A stretch of DNA of 64,000 bases from Amoebidium appalachense (lineage: Eukaryota > Protista > Ichthyosporea): positions 4,364,310-4,428,309 of the forward strand of contig CAVNZM010000008.1 in NCBI GenBank assembly GCA_963693365.1, written 5' to 3'. Both the position numbers and the translations under genes were made by a program. Shown in pieces: positions 59,437-64,000 of this stretch. The first letter of the stretch is position 1. Each line of letters opens with the position of its first letter. The notes beneath the pieces are model-generated. The model had not been told where the DNA came from. It saw nothing but the letters and a program-made list of their open reading frames with translations, and ran no database searches.

Positions 59437-59940
59437 GTGGATGGGTGGGTAGGTGGGTGGCCCGGCGGGTGTGGTTGGGTAGGAGTGTGGGTGTTTGCTC
59501 GGTGGGGAGGACGGGGGTGTTCGTGATGAGACATTGGTTTTTAATTGGTTCTGTCGGTGATTCCTTGAAGTCGTTGTTTCTCGTGTGATATCGTAGGGTT
59601 CTCGAGGGCTGTGGGCGGATGGTTTGAAATGGGTGTGTTGGGTACACTCACATAACTAACGCAAGGAAGAAAGGAGGGAAGGTGGCATGTGTGCTGACGT
59701 ACGTGCACAATGGCTCAAAGTAGTAGGGGGAGTCGAAGTGGGAGGATAGAGGGGGTGAAGGAGTCCCCCCGGCGGGGGGGGGGGGGGAGTATGTTGAAGA
59801 AAGAGAATGAACGAGAGAGAGTGGGTGTGTGTGGGCACGTGTGTGTGTGCATATGTGTGATGTGTGCATGTGTACGGCTGTAAGGCTGTAAGCATGTGTG
59901 CGTGGAAGGGGAGAGGGGTGGTGGTGTGTGTGTGGTTTTT

Positions 59941-59984
<44 letters not shown>

Positions 59985-60087
59985 GATTGTTCATTGACAC
60001 GTATGCTGTGTTCACTAGGTCTTCATTGGTGGCAAGCATGTGGGTGGGTCCGAGGCTCTGGCAAAGTACCTCGCCGCCAACAACTAG
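52499..60087 (+). CDS. Peroxiredoxin-5/glutaredoxin hybrid protein with predicted mitochondrial presequence (274 aa)
   Basis: Exons 52499-52523, 53675-53760, 54216-54291, 54949-55046, 55650-55724, 56425-56515, 57557-57648, 58553-58660, 59028-59132, 60019-60087 (825 nt, in frame). Prx5 motifs [43 protein letters not shown]; linker [12 protein letters not shown]; Grx motifs TKPGCNFC and [14 protein letters not shown]. Confidence 0.95.
56270..56420 (+). repeat. ~18-bp tandem repeat rich in CTAAC/CTAAT/TTAAC next to an acceptor
   Basis: taataacaca..t.aacc units run up to the cag at 56422-56424. Confidence 0.7.
56999..57142 (+). mobile_element. Intronic dispersed repeat, subfamily B, copy B3
   Basis: cctgatgatgggctctgtt.aagtgtc...ccaaccctctaacgcatacat matches 16178-16311. 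Confidence 0.6.
57902..57994 (+). mobile_element. Intronic dispersed repeat, diverged A-type copy
   Basis: ggactctgcctatgatgca...gtacttcg lies between two poly(C) tracts. Confidence 0.35.
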
Positions 60088-61469
60088 AGCACCGTGATCC
60101 AGGGTTTCAGGCATCGGATTTGGTGTTCCAGAGCACGAACTTGATCTTCTGAGGTCATTCATTGGTGTTCATGGCACCCGCTCATGTGTAGCACTTTAAT
60201 TTCTTTCTTTTTCGTTTCTTTTCTTTCGTTGGGTTCTTGTTTTTCTTTAATAAAACGGCAGTGGTTGTTTGGTTTGTGCTGCGCACAAAATTTTTTCCTG
60301 CGCTCGTGGAGCACGCACGTGCTGGAATTGTACACAGAATATGCCAGATGTGTAGATGATGTATGCATTTATGCAAAGGGCCAGTATGTGTTATGGGGAT
60401 GTGTTTGAGCGGGTAGGCTAAGGGTGTGTACATACATGTACGGGAACCTTTTTATGCTGGTTCGACATGTGCTTATGTTCAAATGTAGTGAAAATAAAGC
60501 TTGGAAGCAACCGACGTTGAACAATGAATGTCGGTGGTCACTATGTCATGTACATGACAGCTCCCCCCCTCTCCCCTCTCCCTCCCTCCCTCCCCCCCTC
60601 TCTCCCCCCCCCCCCCCCCCCCCCCCTCCCCCCCCACTCTCTCTCCCCGCCCTTCCCGGACACACACACACACACGTACACACACACACACTCACACATA
60701 CACACACCGCCCAAACCGCATAACACGCACGCGGCGCACGCACACACACACCTGCACACAAACAGAACGCACACGAACACACACACACACACACACAATG
60801 CATCCCACTAATATTAGTTTACTTGGCCGGGAAACACCATTATTAGATATTGGGAGATGGCTTCCTATGTCCGAAAATGATAAAATGCTAGTATTAAGAA
60901 CACATGTTGCAATAGGTTTACACGGTCTATATTTTGCAATCTAATATTAATTCACAAGAATAAATACTGAAAACCACAACTTCAACCCCCTTTGTGCACA
61001 TGTATTATGAGAGGGCTGCCGGTCCCCAAAACCCCTCACTATACGGGTATGTACGTCCCCGTGATGTTGCTCCCAGGGTGGGTGGGTGGGGGGCGGGGGG
61101 GGGGGGGATCCCAGCCTGAAAAATCACACGTTATGGAACCGTGTGATGTCCAACCAGGTGCAAGGGAACGACTTCTCTGTCGTATGCCGAATCGAACATT
61201 GTAATACATGCGCATGTCAAAGACCTTTCCCTCTTTAGATCTACATGTATCCCCTTTCTCAGCATCGCAAGCTGAATTTATGAAAAACTAAATAAAAAAA
61301 AGTAGGAATTCTGCAATCTCAAAAACTTCTGTATCGACCAATAATTTGCGCGCGATCACACGATTAGCCAAATATGGAAACTTGGGCGGGAAGTTTTGGC
61401 ACGCCAGAAAAAAAAGTGTTTATAAAATAAAAAAAATAGGAGCATATACCGGCACATCCAGATACAGTG

Positions 61470-63445
<1,976 letters not shown>

Positions 63446-63525
63446 CTAACACTATTGTGCGCATGTGCCCATGTGTACATGTGTGTGCATGTGTGCATGT
63501 GTGCATCACGGTGCATGCGTGCACA

Positions 63526-63606
<81 letters not shown>

Positions 63607-63697
63607 CACACGGTGTGTGTGCGTGTGTGCGTGTGTGTGTGCGTGTGCGTGTGCGTGTGCGTGTGCGTGTGTTTGTGTGTGTGCATATGTGCATGTG

Positions 63698-63767
<70 letters not shown>

Positions 63768-64000
63768 CGTGCGCGCGCGCGCACGCGCGAGGCCCGCAAC
63801 GAACTTTGTCATGGCCATAAGTTAAACACAAAACCACGGCACATATATGCATGGACAATCGCACCCCCCACTTTTGCTACTGAGGGAATAGTGTTGAATG
63901 GTGATGTACACAAGTCACTGAGCCGTTTCGTAGCAGGGCCAGGAAACCGTTACAAAACCGTGCTTCATTTTCAATCAGTTAAATTTTCAGGTGCACACAG

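Overview
Intron-rich eukaryotic genomic DNA saturated with (CA)n, (GA)n, (CACT)n and poly(C)/poly(G) tracts, so almost all ORFs in the supplied track are microsatellite artefacts. Manual GT-AG exon chaining with phase checks gives five complete genes: (1) an APC16-like anaphase-promoting complex subunit (+, 3 exons); (2) a 33-exon fungal Cyr1-type adenylate cyclase with RA-LRR-degenerate PP2C-cyclase architecture (+); (3) ATG8 (+, 4 exons); (4) a Lifeguard/TMBIM membrane protein with a (QQGYPP)n N-terminus (-); (5) a bacterial-type peroxiredoxin-5/glutaredoxin hybrid with a predicted mitochondrial presequence and 9 introns (+). This gene mix suggests a unicellular opisthokont, possibly an ichthyosporean-like holozoan (inference). 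The main non-coding signals are a dispersed intronic repeat family (9 copies, all sense to their host gene, mostly ending at poly(C) tracts, resembling 3' ends of L1/Tx1 retrotransposons), a strand-specific intron pattern (poly(C) just after weak donors, (CA)n-CAG acceptors), tandem arrays that copy real splice sites, and a 32-bp hairpin with a perfect 9-bp target-site duplication. Family assignments rest on recalled motifs; no database search was run.
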